From: Escherichia coli | GTDB lineage: Bacteria > Pseudomonadota > Gammaproteobacteria > Enterobacterales > Enterobacteriaceae | Assembly: GCF_050920415.1 (NCBI RefSeq) | Contig: NZ_CP169309.1 | Direction: 5' to 3' (one strand) | DNA: 64,000 bases | Shown here: piece after piece, positions 46,725-57,965 of the stretch | Numbering within the stretch: the first letter of the stretch is position 1 | How the letters are laid out: the number at the start of each line of letters is the position of its first letter | The notes under the pieces: generated by a model | What the model was told of the DNA's origin: nothing | Database searches by the model: none | The model's input: the letters and a program-made list of their open reading frames with translations, nothing else | Made by a program: the position numbers and the translations under genes

Positions 46725-48761
46725 ATGGATACGCCACGCCCACAGTTATTAGATTTTCAATTTCATCAGAATAACGACAGTTTTACTCTACGTTTTCAAG
46801 ACCGTCTTATTTTAATCCATAGCAAAGATAATCCTTGCTTATCGATTGGCTCAGGTATAGCGGATATCGATATGTTCCGCGGTAATTTCAGCATTAAAGA
46901 TAAATTGCAGGAGAAAATTGCGCTGACCGACGCCATCGTCAGCCAGTCACCGGATGGCTGGTTAATCCATTTCAGCCGTGGTTCTGACATTAGCGCCACG
47001 CTGCGTATCTCTGCCGACGATCAGGGCCGTTTATTGCTGGAACTACAAAACGACAACCATCACCATAACCGCATCTGGCTGCGTCTTGCCGCACAACCAG
47101 AGGACCATATCTACGGCTGCGGCGAACAGTTTTCCTATTTTGATCTGCGCGGCAAACCGTTCCCGCTATGGACCAGTGAACAAGGCGTTGGTCGCAACAA
47201 ACAAACCTATGTCACCTGGCAGGCCGACTGCAAAGAGAACGCGGGCGGCGACTATTACTGGACTTTCTTCCCGCAGCCTACTTTTGTCAGCACGCAGAAG
47301 TATTACTGCCATGTCGATAACAGCTGCTATATGAACTTCGACTTCAGTGCTCCGGAATACCATGAACTGGCATTGTGGGAAGACAATGCCACCCTGCGTT
47401 TTGAATGTGCGGACACATACATCTCCCTGTTGGAAAAATTAACCGCCCTGCTGGGACGCCAGCCAGAACTGCCCGACTGGATTTATGACGGGGTAACGCT
47501 CGGTATTCAGGGCGGGACAGATGTATGCCAGAAGAAACTGGACACCATGCGTAACGCGGGCGTGAAGGTCAACGGCATCTGGGCGCAGGACTGGTCCGGG
47601 ATCCGTATGACCTCTTTTGGCAAACGTGTGATGTGGAACTGGAAGTGGAACAGTGAAAACTACCCACAGTTAGATTCCCGCATCAAGCAATGGAAAGAAG
47701 AAGGCGTGCAGTTCCTCGCCTACATCAACCCGTATGTTGCCAGCGATAAAGATCTCTGCGAAGAAGCGGCGCAACATGGCTATCTGGCAAAAGATGCCTC
47801 TGGCGGTGACTATCTGGTGGAATTTGGGGAGTTTTACGGCGGCGTTGTCGATTTGACCAATCCTGAAGCATATTCCTGGTTCAAAGAAGTCATCAAGAAA
47901 AACATGATCGAATTGGGCTGCGGCGGCTGGATGGCAGATTTTGGCGAATATTTGCCGACCGATACGTATCTGCATAACGGCGTTAGCGCCGAAATTATGC
48001 ATAACGCCTGGCCCGCACTGTGGGCGAAATGTAACTACGAAGCCCTTGAAGAAACGGGCAAGCTTGGCGAGATCCTTTTCTTTATGCGCGCCGGTTCTAC
48101 CGGTAGCCAGAAATACTCCACCATGATGTGGGCGGGCGACCAGAACGTCGACTGGAGTCTGGACGATGGCCTGGCGTCGGTTGTTCCGGCGGCGCTCTCG
48201 CTGGCGATGACCGGGCATGGCCTGCATCACAGTGACATTGGCGGTTACACCACCCTGTTTGAGATGAAGCGCAGCAAAGAGCTGCTGCTGCGCTGGTGCG
48301 ATTTCAGCGCCTTCACGCCGATGATGCGCACCCACGAAGGTAACCGTCCTGGCGACAACTGGCAGTTTGACGGCGACGCGGAAACCATCGCCCATTTTGC
48401 CCGTATGACCACCGTCTTCACCACCCTGAAACCTTACCTGAAAGAGGCCGTCGCGCTGAATGCGAAGTCCGGCCTGCCGGTTATGCGCCCGCTGTTCCTG
48501 CACTACGAAGACGACGCGCAGACCTACACCCTGAAATATCAGTACCTGTTAGGTCGCGACATTCTGGTCGCTCCGGTGCATGAACAAGGCCGCAGCGACT
48601 GGACGCTCTATCTGCCGGAGGATAACTGGGTCCACGCCTGGACAGGTGAAGCGTTCCGGGGCGGGGAAGTTACCGTTAATGCGCCCATCGGTAAACCGCC
48701 GGTCTTTTATCGCACCGACAGCGAATGGGCGGCACTGTTCGCGTCGTTAAAAAGCATCTAA
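46725..48761 (+). CDS. yihQ: Sulfoquinovosidase (GH31 alpha-glucosidase family)
   Basis: 678 aa, MDTPRPQLLDFQFHQNNDSF... Confidence 0.93.
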   Translation: MDTPRPQLLDFQFHQNNDSFTLRFQDRLILIHSKDNPCLSIGSGIADIDMFRGNFSIKDKLQEKIALTDAIVSQSPDGWLIHFSRGSDISATLRISADDQGRLLLELQNDNHHHNRIWLRLAAQPEDHIYGCGEQFSYFDLRGKPFPLWTSEQGVGRNKQTYVTWQADCKENAGGDYYWTFFPQPTFVSTQKYYCHVDNSCYMNFDFSAPEYHELALWEDNATLRFECADTYISLLEKLTALLGRQPELPDWIYDGVTLGIQGGTDVCQKKLDTMRNAGVKVNGIWAQDWSGIRMTSFGKRVMWNWKWNSENYPQLDSRIKQWKEEGVQFLAYINPYVASDKDLCEEAAQHGYLAKDASGGDYLVEFGEFYGGVVDLTNPEAYSWFKEVIKKNMIELGCGGWMADFGEYLPTDTYLHNGVSAEIMHNAWPALWAKCNYEALEETGKLGEILFFMRAGSTGSQKYSTMMWAGDQNVDWSLDDGLASVVPAALSLAMTGHGLHHSDIGGYTTLFEMKRSKELLLRWCDFSAFTPMMRTHEGNRPGDNWQFDGDAETIAHFARMTTVFTTLKPYLKEAVALNAKSGLPVMRPLFLHYEDDAQTYTLKYQYLLGRDILVAPVHEQGRSDWTLYLPEDNWVHAWTGEAFRGGEVTVNAPIGKPPVFYRTDSEWAALFASLKSI

Positions 48762-48806
48762 TCACGTCCGCCCGTGGGGAAACTCACGGGCAAAGGGAGA
48801 ACAACG

Positions 48807-50192
48807 ATGAGTCACATCACAACGGAAGATCCGGCTACTTTACGTCTGCCCTTTAAAGAGAAACTCTCTTACGGTATCGGCGATCTGGCCTCTAACATCC
48901 TGCTGGATATCGGCACGCTTTATCTTTTGAAGTTTTATACCGACGTTCTGGGGCTGCCCGGCACCTATGGCGGTATTATCTTTTTGATCTCGAAATTCTT
49001 TACCGCCTTTACCGACATGGGTACCGGCATCATGCTCGATTCCCGGCGTAAGATCGGTCCAAAAGGCAAATTCCGCCCTTTCATTTTTTACGCCTCATTC
49101 CCGGTCACTCTGCTGGCGATCGCCAACTTTGTCGGCACACCGTTTGATGTCACCGGTAAAACGGTGATGGCCACTATTCTGTTTATGCTTTACGGGCTGT
49201 TTTTCAGCATGATGAACTGCTCTTATGGCGCAATGGTCCCCGCTATTACCAAAAACCCCAACGAACGCGCATCACTGGCGGCATGGCGTCAGGGTGGCGC
49301 TACATTGGGCCTGCTGCTTTGTACGGTGGGATTCGTGCCGGTTATGAATCTTATCGAGGGTAATCAGCAACTTGGCTATATCTTCGCCGCCACGCTGTTT
49401 TCACTATTCGGCCTGCTGTTTATGTGGATCTGCTATTCGGGCGTGAAAGAGCGTTATGTCGAAACGCAACCTGCAAATCCGGCGCAAAAGCCAGGCTTGT
49501 TGCAATCTTTCCGTGCGATTGCCGGTAACCGCCCGCTGTTCATTTTGTGCATTGCTAACCTCTGTACCTTAGGGGCATTTAACGTCAAGCTCGCCATTCA
49601 GGTCTATTACACCCAGTACGTGCTTAACGATCCCATCCTGTTGTCATATATGGGATTTTTCAGCATGGGCTGTATTTTCATCGGCGTGTTCCTGATGCCT
49701 GGTGCAGTCAGACGTTTTGGTAAGAAGAAGGTCTATATCGGCGGCCTGCTGATTTGGGTGCTGGGCGATCTGCTCAACTATTTCTTCGGCGGCGGCTCGG
49801 TCAGTTTTGTGGCGTTCTCCTGCCTGGCATTCTTCGGCTCGGCGTTTGTTAACAGCCTGAACTGGGCGCTGGTTTCCGACACCGTCGAGTACGGCGAGTG
49901 GCGCACCGGCGTTCGTTCGGAAGGTACGGTCTACACCGGCTTCACCTTCTTTCGCAAAGTATCTCAGGCGCTGGCAGGTTTCTTCCCAGGCTGGATGCTG
50001 ACGCAAATCGGCTATGTGCCAAACGTGGCGCAGGCTGACCATACCATCGAAGGTTTACGCCAGCTGATCTTCATCTACCCAAGCGCACTGGCGGTAGTCA
50101 CCATTGTTGCGATGGGTTGCTTCTACAGTCTGAACGAGAAAATGTACGTCCGCATTGTTGAAGAAATAGAAGCCCGTAAACGCACGGCATAA
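48807..50192 (+). CDS. yihP: GPH-family sugar:cation symporter
   Basis: Start trimmed to MSHITTEDPATLRLPF... (461 aa); paralogous to the next gene. Confidence 0.88.
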   Translation: MSHITTEDPATLRLPFKEKLSYGIGDLASNILLDIGTLYLLKFYTDVLGLPGTYGGIIFLISKFFTAFTDMGTGIMLDSRRKIGPKGKFRPFIFYASFPVTLLAIANFVGTPFDVTGKTVMATILFMLYGLFFSMMNCSYGAMVPAITKNPNERASLAAWRQGGATLGLLLCTVGFVPVMNLIEGNQQLGYIFAATLFSLFGLLFMWICYSGVKERYVETQPANPAQKPGLLQSFRAIAGNRPLFILCIANLCTLGAFNVKLAIQVYYTQYVLNDPILLSYMGFFSMGCIFIGVFLMPGAVRRFGKKKVYIGGLLIWVLGDLLNYFFGGGSVSFVAFSCLAFFGSAFVNSLNWALVSDTVEYGEWRTGVRSEGTVYTGFTFFRKVSQALAGFFPGWMLTQIGYVPNVAQADHTIEGLRQLIFIYPSALAVVTIVAMGCFYSLNEKMYVRIVEEIEARKRTA

Positions 50193-50232
50193 ATAATAAA
50201 CAACGCCCTGCGGGGCGTTATAAGGAGTGATT

Positions 50233-51636
50233 ATGTCTGACCATAATCCACTGACATTAAAACTGAATCTGCGGGAAAAAATCGCTTATGGCATGGGCGA
50301 CGTCGGTTCGAATTTAATGCTTAGCATCGGCACTCTGTATCTCCTCAAATTTTATACCGATGAATTAGGGATGCCTGCTTACTATGGCGGGATTATCTTT
50401 CTGGTGGCAAAATTCTTTACCGCGTTTACCGATATGCTCACCGGATTTTTACTCGACTCGCGGAAAAATATTGGGCCTAAAGGCAAATTTCGTCCCTTTA
50501 TTTTATATGCAGCGGTTCCGGCGGCGTTAATTGCAACGCTCCAGTTTATCGCCACCACTTTTAGTTTGCCGATTAAAACGACGATTGCCACCGCGCTGTT
50601 TATGATGTTTGGACTTTCATACAGTCTGATGAACTGCTCGTATGGCGCGATGATCCCAGCAATTACCAAAAACCCCAATGAGCGCGCGCAGCTTGCGGCT
50701 TACCGCCAGGGTGGTGCAACCATAGGGCTATTGATTTGTACCGTAGCATTTATTCCACTGCAGTCGCTTTTTTCTGACTCCACTGTCGGTTATGCCTGCG
50801 CGGCACTGATGTTCTCCATTGGTGGCTTTATTTTTATGATGCTGTGCTACAGAGGCGTCAAAGAGCATTATGTGGACACGACGCCAACCGGACATAAAGC
50901 CAGTATTCTCAAATCTTTTTGCGCGATATTTCGTAATCCGCCATTGCTGGTTTTATGCATTGCTAACCTGTGTACCCTGGCGGCATTTAATATCAAACTG
51001 GCAATTCAGGTCTATTACACCCAGTATGTGCTGAATGATATTAATTTATTGTCGTGGATGGGATTCTTCAGTATGGGATGCATCCTCATCGGCGTATTGC
51101 TGGTGCCATTAACTGTAAAATGTTTTGGTAAAAAACAGGTTTATTTAGCTGGCATGGTGCTGTGGGCGGTGGGGGATATCCTGAATTATTTCTGGGGCAG
51201 TAACTCTTTCACTTTCGTCATGTTCTCTTGTGTCGCCTTTTTTGGTACGGCCTTTGTAAACAGCCTGAACTGGGCGCTGGTACCGGATACCGTAGATTAT
51301 GGTGAATGGAAAACCGGTATTCGTGCCGAAGGTTCTGTTTATACCGGTTATACCTTCTTTCGTAAAATTTCAGCCGCACTTGCTGGCTTCTTGCCAGGCA
51401 TTATGCTGACGCAAATCGGTTATGTTCCCAACATCGCGCAAAGCGATGCAACATTACAGGGTTTGCGTCAGCTCATTTTTATTTGGCCTTGTGCGCTGGC
51501 GATAATTGCTGCATTGACGATGGGATTCTTTTACACGCTCAATGAAAAACGTTTTGCGTTAATTATTGAGGACATCAACCAACGTAAAAATAAAGAGATT
51601 GAGACAAAAGAAAAAACTGCTTCTGTAACGTTATAA
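50233..51636 (+). CDS. yihO: GPH-family sulfoquinovose transporter
   Basis: Start trimmed to MSDHNPLTLKLNLREK... (467 aa). Confidence 0.88.
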   Translation: MSDHNPLTLKLNLREKIAYGMGDVGSNLMLSIGTLYLLKFYTDELGMPAYYGGIIFLVAKFFTAFTDMLTGFLLDSRKNIGPKGKFRPFILYAAVPAALIATLQFIATTFSLPIKTTIATALFMMFGLSYSLMNCSYGAMIPAITKNPNERAQLAAYRQGGATIGLLICTVAFIPLQSLFSDSTVGYACAALMFSIGGFIFMMLCYRGVKEHYVDTTPTGHKASILKSFCAIFRNPPLLVLCIANLCTLAAFNIKLAIQVYYTQYVLNDINLLSWMGFFSMGCILIGVLLVPLTVKCFGKKQVYLAGMVLWAVGDILNYFWGSNSFTFVMFSCVAFFGTAFVNSLNWALVPDTVDYGEWKTGIRAEGSVYTGYTFFRKISAALAGFLPGIMLTQIGYVPNIAQSDATLQGLRQLIFIWPCALAIIAALTMGFFYTLNEKRFALIIEDINQRKNKEIETKEKTASVTL

Positions 51637-51703
51637 ATGTCAATAGCCGCTATTTCCATCCTGATGGGTGGCGGCCCCCCTACGTTAAAAAAATGGACTT
51701 ATT

Positions 51704-52396
51704 ATGAAAAAGATTAATGCAATAATTTTATTATCTTCTCTGACCTCTGCCTCGGTATTTGCTGGCGCATACGTCGAAAACAGGGAGGCATATAATCTCG
51801 CCTCCGATCAGGCAGAAATTATGCTACGTGTAGGTTATAACTTCGATATGGGCGCGGGTATCATGTTAACCAATACCTATAATTTTCAGAGAGAAGATGA
51901 GCTTAAACATGGCTACAATGAAATTGAAGGTTGGTATCCTTTATTCAAACCAACCGATAAATTAACCATCCAGCCCGGTGGATTAATTAATGATAAGAGC
52001 ATCGGTTCGGGTGGCGCAGTGTATCTGGACGTCAACTATAAATTTGTACCATGGTTTAATCTGACAGTGCGAAATCGCTATAACCATAATAACTATAGTT
52101 CAACAGATTTGAACGGGGAACTGGATAATAATGACACCTATGAAATTGGTACCTACTGGAATTTTAAAATTACCGAGAAATTCTCCTATACATTTGAGCC
52201 ACATTATTTCATACGCGTAAATGACTTTAATAGCAGCAATGGAAAAGATCATCATTGGGAAATCACTAATACCTTCCGTTACCGTATTAACGAAAACTGG
52301 CTCCCTTATTTCGAATTACGCTGGTTAGATCGTAATGTCGAACCGTACCACCGCGAACAAAACCAGATTCGTATCGGGACGAAGTATTTCTTCTGA
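51704..52396 (+). CDS. ompL: Small outer membrane porin
   Basis: 230 aa, signal peptide, C-terminal ...GTKYFF. Confidence 0.9.
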   Translation: MKKINAIILLSSLTSASVFAGAYVENREAYNLASDQAEIMLRVGYNFDMGAGIMLTNTYNFQREDELKHGYNEIEGWYPLFKPTDKLTIQPGGLINDKSIGSGGAVYLDVNYKFVPWFNLTVRNRYNHNNYSSTDLNGELDNNDTYEIGTYWNFKITEKFSYTFEPHYFIRVNDFNSSNGKDHHWEITNTFRYRINENWLPYFELRWLDRNVEPYHREQNQIRIGTKYFF

Positions 52397-52404
52397 TGTG
52401 AAAC

Positions 52405-52482
52405 TGCCGGATGCGGCGTAAACGCCTTATCCAGCCTACGGTTGATACGGTTTTCATTGGCCGGATTAAACACATCCGGCCA
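52405..52482. repeat. REP element plus a bidirectional hairpin between ompL and yihN
   Basis: GCCGGATGCGGCGTAAACGCCTTATCCAGCCTAC, followed by TGGCCGGAT-taaacac-ATCCGGCCA. Confidence 0.7.
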
Positions 52483-52486
52483 TTAA

Positions 52487-53752
52487 TCAAGCTTCAGCCG
52501 CCAACATCTCTTTCTTACGTTGGCTAATTCGCTTAACCAGCATTACGGAAACCACCGCACCACAGAATGCGAAGCAGGCCATAATGCCAAACACGATTTT
52601 GTAGCCAATAATCCCCGGGTTTAAATCCAGAATGTAGCCATACAGACTGAAGCAGAACATCGCCGGGGCGTAACCGATAAAGCTACCCAACGCCATCGCC
52701 GCGCCTGTTTTATTTTCAGCAATTTTTGCTTCGCCGATAGGTGCAAAAAATACGGCTCGCTGTGTAAAGACTATCGCGCCAAAGCCTAATGTACAGGCCA
52801 TCCCTAAATAGACCGGCATACTTTCGTGCGGCAGCATAATCAACAGTACGAGTGCCGCAGTGCTGATGATAAAGGTGTAGCACAGGTATTTACTTGGTGA
52901 TTTCAGGATCTTATCTGAAATCATGCCACCAATAGGTCCACCGATCATTTTGAGGCAGTATTGGTTAATGATGCCATAAGCCCCCACCAGCGCAACAGGC
53001 AGCAGATAGATGTTTTTCAGGAATGGAATGAAGAATGTCAGGCCACAGTACACCGCGTAAACGAAGAAAACATTGAAAGCGATAAGCCAGATGGTTTTGT
53101 CTTTCAGCACCGAGGTCATACTGGTGTTTTGCGGTGCATCTTCATCTTTTTTCACCTCCACGGACGGTGCCTCTTCTTTGTCATTGAGTACTAAGAAAAT
53201 GATAACGCCCACGGCAATCACAATAAGGGAATAGAACCAGATACCCGCTTTAAAGCCCAACAAGCCACTGCCAAACCAGGTAAATACTGCCAACGCAGAA
53301 AATGCCACCACAGTATCGACAATTCCACGCCCTGTTTCGAAGAAGCCAAACAAACGACCTTGTTGTTCGCTATTGCCCAGTCGACTTACCGACTTGAGCA
53401 AGACAGGCCAGTTCATCATGTCGCAGGTAACGCCAAATAGCGCCCAGACAAAGAGGATGCCCCAATACCCCGGCATTGTCGTCAAATAAACACCCAGTAA
53501 TCCTGTCGCAATGAGTGAGAATGACATGGTGTATCTGCGCGGTAGTTTATCGGCAAAATAAATAGACAGAAAAAAGCCCACTGTGGTGACAAATGAGTTT
53601 ACCGACATAGCATTACCAATTTGACCATTGGTCAAATGGAAATATTCCTGCATCGGGATATAAAACGCATCTTTCAACGACGGTAATTTATAAATTGTAC
53701 CGCCACACAATGTTAATAGACTAAATAACGCCCATTTCTTTTTCGTGAGCAT
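52487..53752 (-). CDS. yihN: MFS transporter
   Basis: 421 aa, 12 predicted transmembrane helices. Confidence 0.88.
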   Translation of the reverse strand: MLTKKKWALFSLLTLCGGTIYKLPSLKDAFYIPMQEYFHLTNGQIGNAMSVNSFVTTVGFFLSIYFADKLPRRYTMSFSLIATGLLGVYLTTMPGYWGILFVWALFGVTCDMMNWPVLLKSVSRLGNSEQQGRLFGFFETGRGIVDTVVAFSALAVFTWFGSGLLGFKAGIWFYSLIVIAVGVIIFLVLNDKEEAPSVEVKKDEDAPQNTSMTSVLKDKTIWLIAFNVFFVYAVYCGLTFFIPFLKNIYLLPVALVGAYGIINQYCLKMIGGPIGGMISDKILKSPSKYLCYTFIISTAALVLLIMLPHESMPVYLGMACTLGFGAIVFTQRAVFFAPIGEAKIAENKTGAAMALGSFIGYAPAMFCFSLYGYILDLNPGIIGYKIVFGIMACFAFCGAVVSVMLVKRISQRKKEMLAAEA

Positions 53753-53854
53753 AACATCCCCTAAGCGATTTTGAAAATCACTGTTCTAAAGGCAATAAGA
53801 TACCGGCCATTCTTATGGAATGGTTTTTATTAACAGCGGATGAGTTAAAGCTTA

Positions 53855-54835
53855 TTAGTGGTTCAGAAGATGGCTTGCCTCTTGTTTGATTTGTTGTAGT
53901 ACGTTACGCACATGATTTATCTGATTAATTGCATCTTCTTTTTCTTTACGTAACCGCGCATCCAGTAAATGATTTTCTGGCAATGGTGTTTCACTCATCT
54001 GGCGATAAGGGATCCACGGATTATCATCTTCGTCTTCAAAGCGGAACGCCGGAGCATAATAATCAACCTCTTCTTCCAGGCCATACGCTGTCACCTGCGG
54101 TTCTTCATCGCCAAGGCAGATAAGGTGTGTTAATAACTCTTTGAATGGCATATCACCCTGACCTGAAATACAGGCTTTATGGCCCAGGCCACCTTGTTCT
54201 TTAACAATCAAGGCATCTTTGATATGCACCTGAGTAATATGTGGTGCCATCGTTTTTAAAGCGTCTATGGGATGCTCATTCGCATTGATCATATTCGCAA
54301 AATCAAACAGTAAGGAAAGTGATTTCATCTCACTGTCTTTGACCAGCGACACCAGTTCATGGCTTTTTAAATCTTCATGCTGTTCGATCGTAAAGGTCAG
54401 GCCGCTGTCCTGATACGTTTCCCGAACATAGGCAATATCGTTAGCAATGATCGATAATACGTCGCGTAAATTACCTTCATAACGCGGATAAAAACGCACG
54501 GACGATGCCCCGGTTTTCAACGCAATGGCGACGGCTTCGTCAATAGATGCCTTATCTGAGGCACTGGTTTCAATATGAATATCAAGGTTCAGACGACGAG
54601 CTTTATCACCAAAGGCAGAGAGTTCTTTATCTGCCATATTGCCCAGAGAAAAACGCTCGCCATCCAGAACATGAATTTTGACGCCTCGCAGATTATTTTC
54701 ACTTGCAATATCAAGTAAATCAGCCGGCAATACTCTTTCCAGCCGCATATTTAAATGAAAAGCGTAGGCATGCAAATAAAGAGGAAGAGTATCGACACGT
54801 TGTAGAATCTTTCTTGCGTTATTTATTGTCACCAT
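53855..54835 (-). CDS. yihM: Sugar-phosphate isomerase/epimerase (TIM-barrel xylose-isomerase-like)
   Basis: Start trimmed to MVTINNARKILQRVDT... (326 aa). Confidence 0.85.
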   Translation of the reverse strand: MVTINNARKILQRVDTLPLYLHAYAFHLNMRLERVLPADLLDIASENNLRGVKIHVLDGERFSLGNMADKELSAFGDKARRLNLDIHIETSASDKASIDEAVAIALKTGASSVRFYPRYEGNLRDVLSIIANDIAYVRETYQDSGLTFTIEQHEDLKSHELVSLVKDSEMKSLSLLFDFANMINANEHPIDALKTMAPHITQVHIKDALIVKEQGGLGHKACISGQGDMPFKELLTHLICLGDEEPQVTAYGLEEEVDYYAPAFRFEDEDDNPWIPYRQMSETPLPENHLLDARLRKEKEDAINQINHVRNVLQQIKQEASHLLNH

Positions 54836-54842
54836 AAAACAC

Positions 54843-55553
54843 CTACAGATTAATGATGAGATCCACGGCCTCAAATCGCCAATATTCAATATCTATCTGG
54901 ACAATATTGCCTTGCTGGTCGGCGCGATGTTTTTCAATTAAGATCGCAGGCATGCCCGCTGAACCGCCAAGAAATTTACTGATATCACCCGGCATTCTTA
55001 CGGGTTTGAAAACCAGTTTTTTTACTACCGTCTCTTTTTGGTAGCATTTTTCCCAGACTGAAGAAAATGAGTGGTTTTCAAGTTGCTCTATAAAACCTGG
55101 GGCAACTTCAGGATTAATATATGTTTCGTGATAGAAAACTTTATGTCCTTCCAGCGCCCCCCAGCCGGTAATGCGATAGAGTTCAGTTGATGGCGTCACT
55201 GCAACCAGTGGCGCGAGCGTCTCGGGAATGTCGCTGGTACGGCTTTTCTCAGTAAAGCCCCAGGAAGGTTCCCGCCCTTGCTCAATTGCGGCCCGCTGAA
55301 AGCTCGCCGACAGCTCCGGACTGTAATTAAATCGCGGCTGAGTCACGAACCACCCTTTACGATCCTTACGGAAAATTTTGGATTCTGCCTCAAGGTTCAG
55401 CAACGCCTGGCGTAACGTCATACGTTTAATGCCCAGCAACTCTCCCAGCTCTCTTTCTGAAGGGAGTTTTCCACCCGGCGTGGTGATGCCATCTTTCAAC
55501 CACCGATCCAGTTTCTCTTTTGCATTTTCTACGGTGGATTGATTCTCCGCCAT
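54843..55553 (-). CDS. yihL: GntR-family transcriptional regulator
   Basis: 236 aa, N-terminal winged helix-turn-helix plus UTRA-like domain. Confidence 0.85.
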   Translation of the reverse strand: MAENQSTVENAKEKLDRWLKDGITTPGGKLPSERELGELLGIKRMTLRQALLNLEAESKIFRKDRKGWFVTQPRFNYSPELSASFQRAAIEQGREPSWGFTEKSRTSDIPETLAPLVAVTPSTELYRITGWGALEGHKVFYHETYINPEVAPGFIEQLENHSFSSVWEKCYQKETVVKKLVFKPVRMPGDISKFLGGSAGMPAILIEKHRADQQGNIVQIDIEYWRFEAVDLIINL

Positions 55554-55769
55554 TGTTTAATCCTTTTGGTTTAAACCAGATGAGGCATCTTACGCTTACG
55601 CCAAAAAAGAAAGCAATTAACAGCGTATGACTTTGCAGATAATTGTGACAAAGCTCTCTATTGACGTAACCACAAACTTATAAGGGAGATACTCGCACTG
55701 GTGAGAACTTACGACAGGCAAAAAAAAACCTGCCATCGCTGGCAGGTTTTTTATGACTAAAAAACGAAA

Positions 55770-57593
55770 TTAATCGTCTTTCGGTGCGCGGTTGGCGCGA
55801 CGACGATCGTTTTCCGTCAGGTGACGTTTACGAATACGGATAGAGGTCGGAGTCACTTCTACCAGTTCGTCATCATCGATGAACTCCAGAGCTTGTTCCA
55901 GCGTCATGCGGATAGGCGGAACCAGAACAACGGCTTCGTCAGTACCGGAAGCACGCATGTTGGTCAGTTTCTTACCGGTCAGGCAGTTTACAGTCAGGTC
56001 GTTAGAACGGCTGTGAATACCGATAATCTGACCTTCGTAAACTTCTGCACCGTGACCGAGGAACAGCTTACCACGGTCCTGCAGACCGAACAGCGCGAAC
56101 GCTACCGCTTTACCCTGACCGTTAGAGATCAGTACGCCGTTCTGACGCTGACCCACTTCACCCGGACGTACGTCGTCGTAGTGGCTGAAGGTGGAGTACA
56201 ACAGACCCGTACCAGAGGTCATGGTCATGAACTCAGAACGGAAGCCAATCAGACCACGGCTTGGGATCACGTAGTCGAGACGTACGCGGCCTTTACCGTC
56301 TGGATTCATGTTTTTCAGGTCGCCTTTTCGTTCGCCAAGCGCCTGCATCACAGAACCCTGATGCTGTTCTTCAACGTCCAGAGTCACGTTTTCATACGGC
56401 TCTTGTTTACGACCGTCAATTTCACGGAAGATAACTTTCGGACGGGATACCGCCAGTTCGAAACCTTCACGACGCATGTTTTCGATCAGAACAGACAGGT
56501 GCAGTTCGCCACGACCAGAAACGCGGAACGCATCGGCGTCTTCAGTTTCTTCTACGCGCAGCGCAACGTTGTGTACCAGTTCTTTGTTCAGACGATCCAG
56601 GATCTGACGAGACGTTACGAACTTACCTTCTTTACCGCAGAACGGCGAGGTGTTAACGCAGAAGAACATAGAAACGGTCGGCTCATCAACGGAGAGTGCC
56701 GGCAGCGCTTCAACGTTTTGCGTGTCGCAAACGGTGTCAGAAATGTTCAGTTCGCCCAGGCCCGTGATCGCCACGATATCGCCAGCTTCCGCCAGATCGG
56801 TTTCGATACGTTCCAGACCGAGGTGGCCCAGCACTTTACCGACTTTCGCGTTGCGGGTTTTGCCTTCGCTATCGATGATAGTAACTTGCTGGTTCGGCTT
56901 CACTTTACCGCGCTTGATGCGGCCAATGCCGATAACGCCAACATAGCTGTTGTAATCGAGCTGAGAAATCTGCATCTGGAACGGACCGTCAAGGTCAACG
57001 TCCGGCGCAGGAACGTGGTCAACAATTGCCTGATACAGCGGGGTCATGTCTTCCGCCATATCTTCGTGGTCCAGACCCGCGATACCGTTCAGCGCAGAAG
57101 CGTAAACGATCGGGAAGTCCAGCTGCTCGTCAGTCGCGTCGAGGTTAACGAACAGGTCGAATACCTGATCCACAACCCAGTCAGGACGCGCGCCAGGGCG
57201 GTCAACTTTGTTGATAACAACAATTGGCTTCAGGCCGTAAGCAAACGCTTTTTTGGTTACGAAGCGCGTTTGCGGCATCGGGCCGTCAAATGCGTCAACC
57301 ACCAGCAGCACTGAGTCTACCATGGACATTACACGTTCAACTTCACCACCGAAGTCGGCGTGCCCCGGGGTATCAACGATGTTGATACGGTAATCATTCC
57401 ATTTGATAGCGGTGTTTTTCGCGAGGATGGTAATCCCACGCTCTTTCTCCAAATCGTTGGAGTCCATCACGCGCTCTTGGGTTTCGGCACGAGAGTCGAA
57501 CGTACCGGATTGTTGGAGCAGCTTGTCTACCAGGGTGGTTTTACCATGGTCTACGTGCGCGATGATGGCGATATTACGCAATTTTTCGATCAC
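55770..57593 (-). CDS. typA: Ribosome-binding translational GTPase BipA
   Basis: 607 aa, G1-G4 motifs ([18 protein letters not shown]). Confidence 0.97.
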   Translation of the reverse strand: MIEKLRNIAIIAHVDHGKTTLVDKLLQQSGTFDSRAETQERVMDSNDLEKERGITILAKNTAIKWNDYRINIVDTPGHADFGGEVERVMSMVDSVLLVVDAFDGPMPQTRFVTKKAFAYGLKPIVVINKVDRPGARPDWVVDQVFDLFVNLDATDEQLDFPIVYASALNGIAGLDHEDMAEDMTPLYQAIVDHVPAPDVDLDGPFQMQISQLDYNSYVGVIGIGRIKRGKVKPNQQVTIIDSEGKTRNAKVGKVLGHLGLERIETDLAEAGDIVAITGLGELNISDTVCDTQNVEALPALSVDEPTVSMFFCVNTSPFCGKEGKFVTSRQILDRLNKELVHNVALRVEETEDADAFRVSGRGELHLSVLIENMRREGFELAVSRPKVIFREIDGRKQEPYENVTLDVEEQHQGSVMQALGERKGDLKNMNPDGKGRVRLDYVIPSRGLIGFRSEFMTMTSGTGLLYSTFSHYDDVRPGEVGQRQNGVLISNGQGKAVAFALFGLQDRGKLFLGHGAEVYEGQIIGIHSRSNDLTVNCLTGKKLTNMRASGTDEAVVLVPPIRMTLEQALEFIDDDELVEVTPTSIRIRKRHLTENDRRRANRAPKDD

Positions 57594-57744
57594 AACTTTG
57601 CCTCAGGCATTAGAAATAGCGCGTTATTGTACACGGATTAATCGCACTACAAAACAGGATCACAAACATCCTCCGCAAACAAGTATTGCAGAGTCCCTTT
57701 GTGATCGCTTTCACGGAGCATAAAAAGGGTTATCCAAAGGTCAT

Positions 57745-57882
57745 TGCACCAATATGGTGCTTAATGTTTCCATTGAAGCACTATATTGGTGCAACATTCA
57801 CATCGTGGTGCAGCCCTTTTGCACGATGGTGCGCATGATAACGCCTTTTAGGGGCAATTTAAAAGTTGGCACAGTTTTCGCT
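57745..57882 (+). promoter_or_regulatory. glnA control region: NtrC enhancer sites and sigma-54 promoter (glnAp2)
   Basis: TGCACCAATATGGTGC and GCACTATATTGGTGCA palindromes, further half-sites, then TTGGCACAGTTTTCGCT (-24 GG / -12 GC). Confidence 0.8.
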
Positions 57883-57965
57883 TTATCTTTTTTACGGCGA
57901 CACGGCCAAAATAATTGCAGATTTCGTTACCACGACGACCATGACCAATCCAGGAGAGTTAAAGT

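Noticed and set aside
47670-48503. 277-aa minus-strand ORF inside yihQ
   Set aside because: Antisense to yihQ; Arg/Gly/Ala-rich, no start context.
55821-57314. 497-aa ORF on the plus strand
   Set aside because: Fully antisense to typA (BipA), which has unmistakable GTPase motifs. The antisense frame is open by chance in a GC-biased region, with low-complexity composition.
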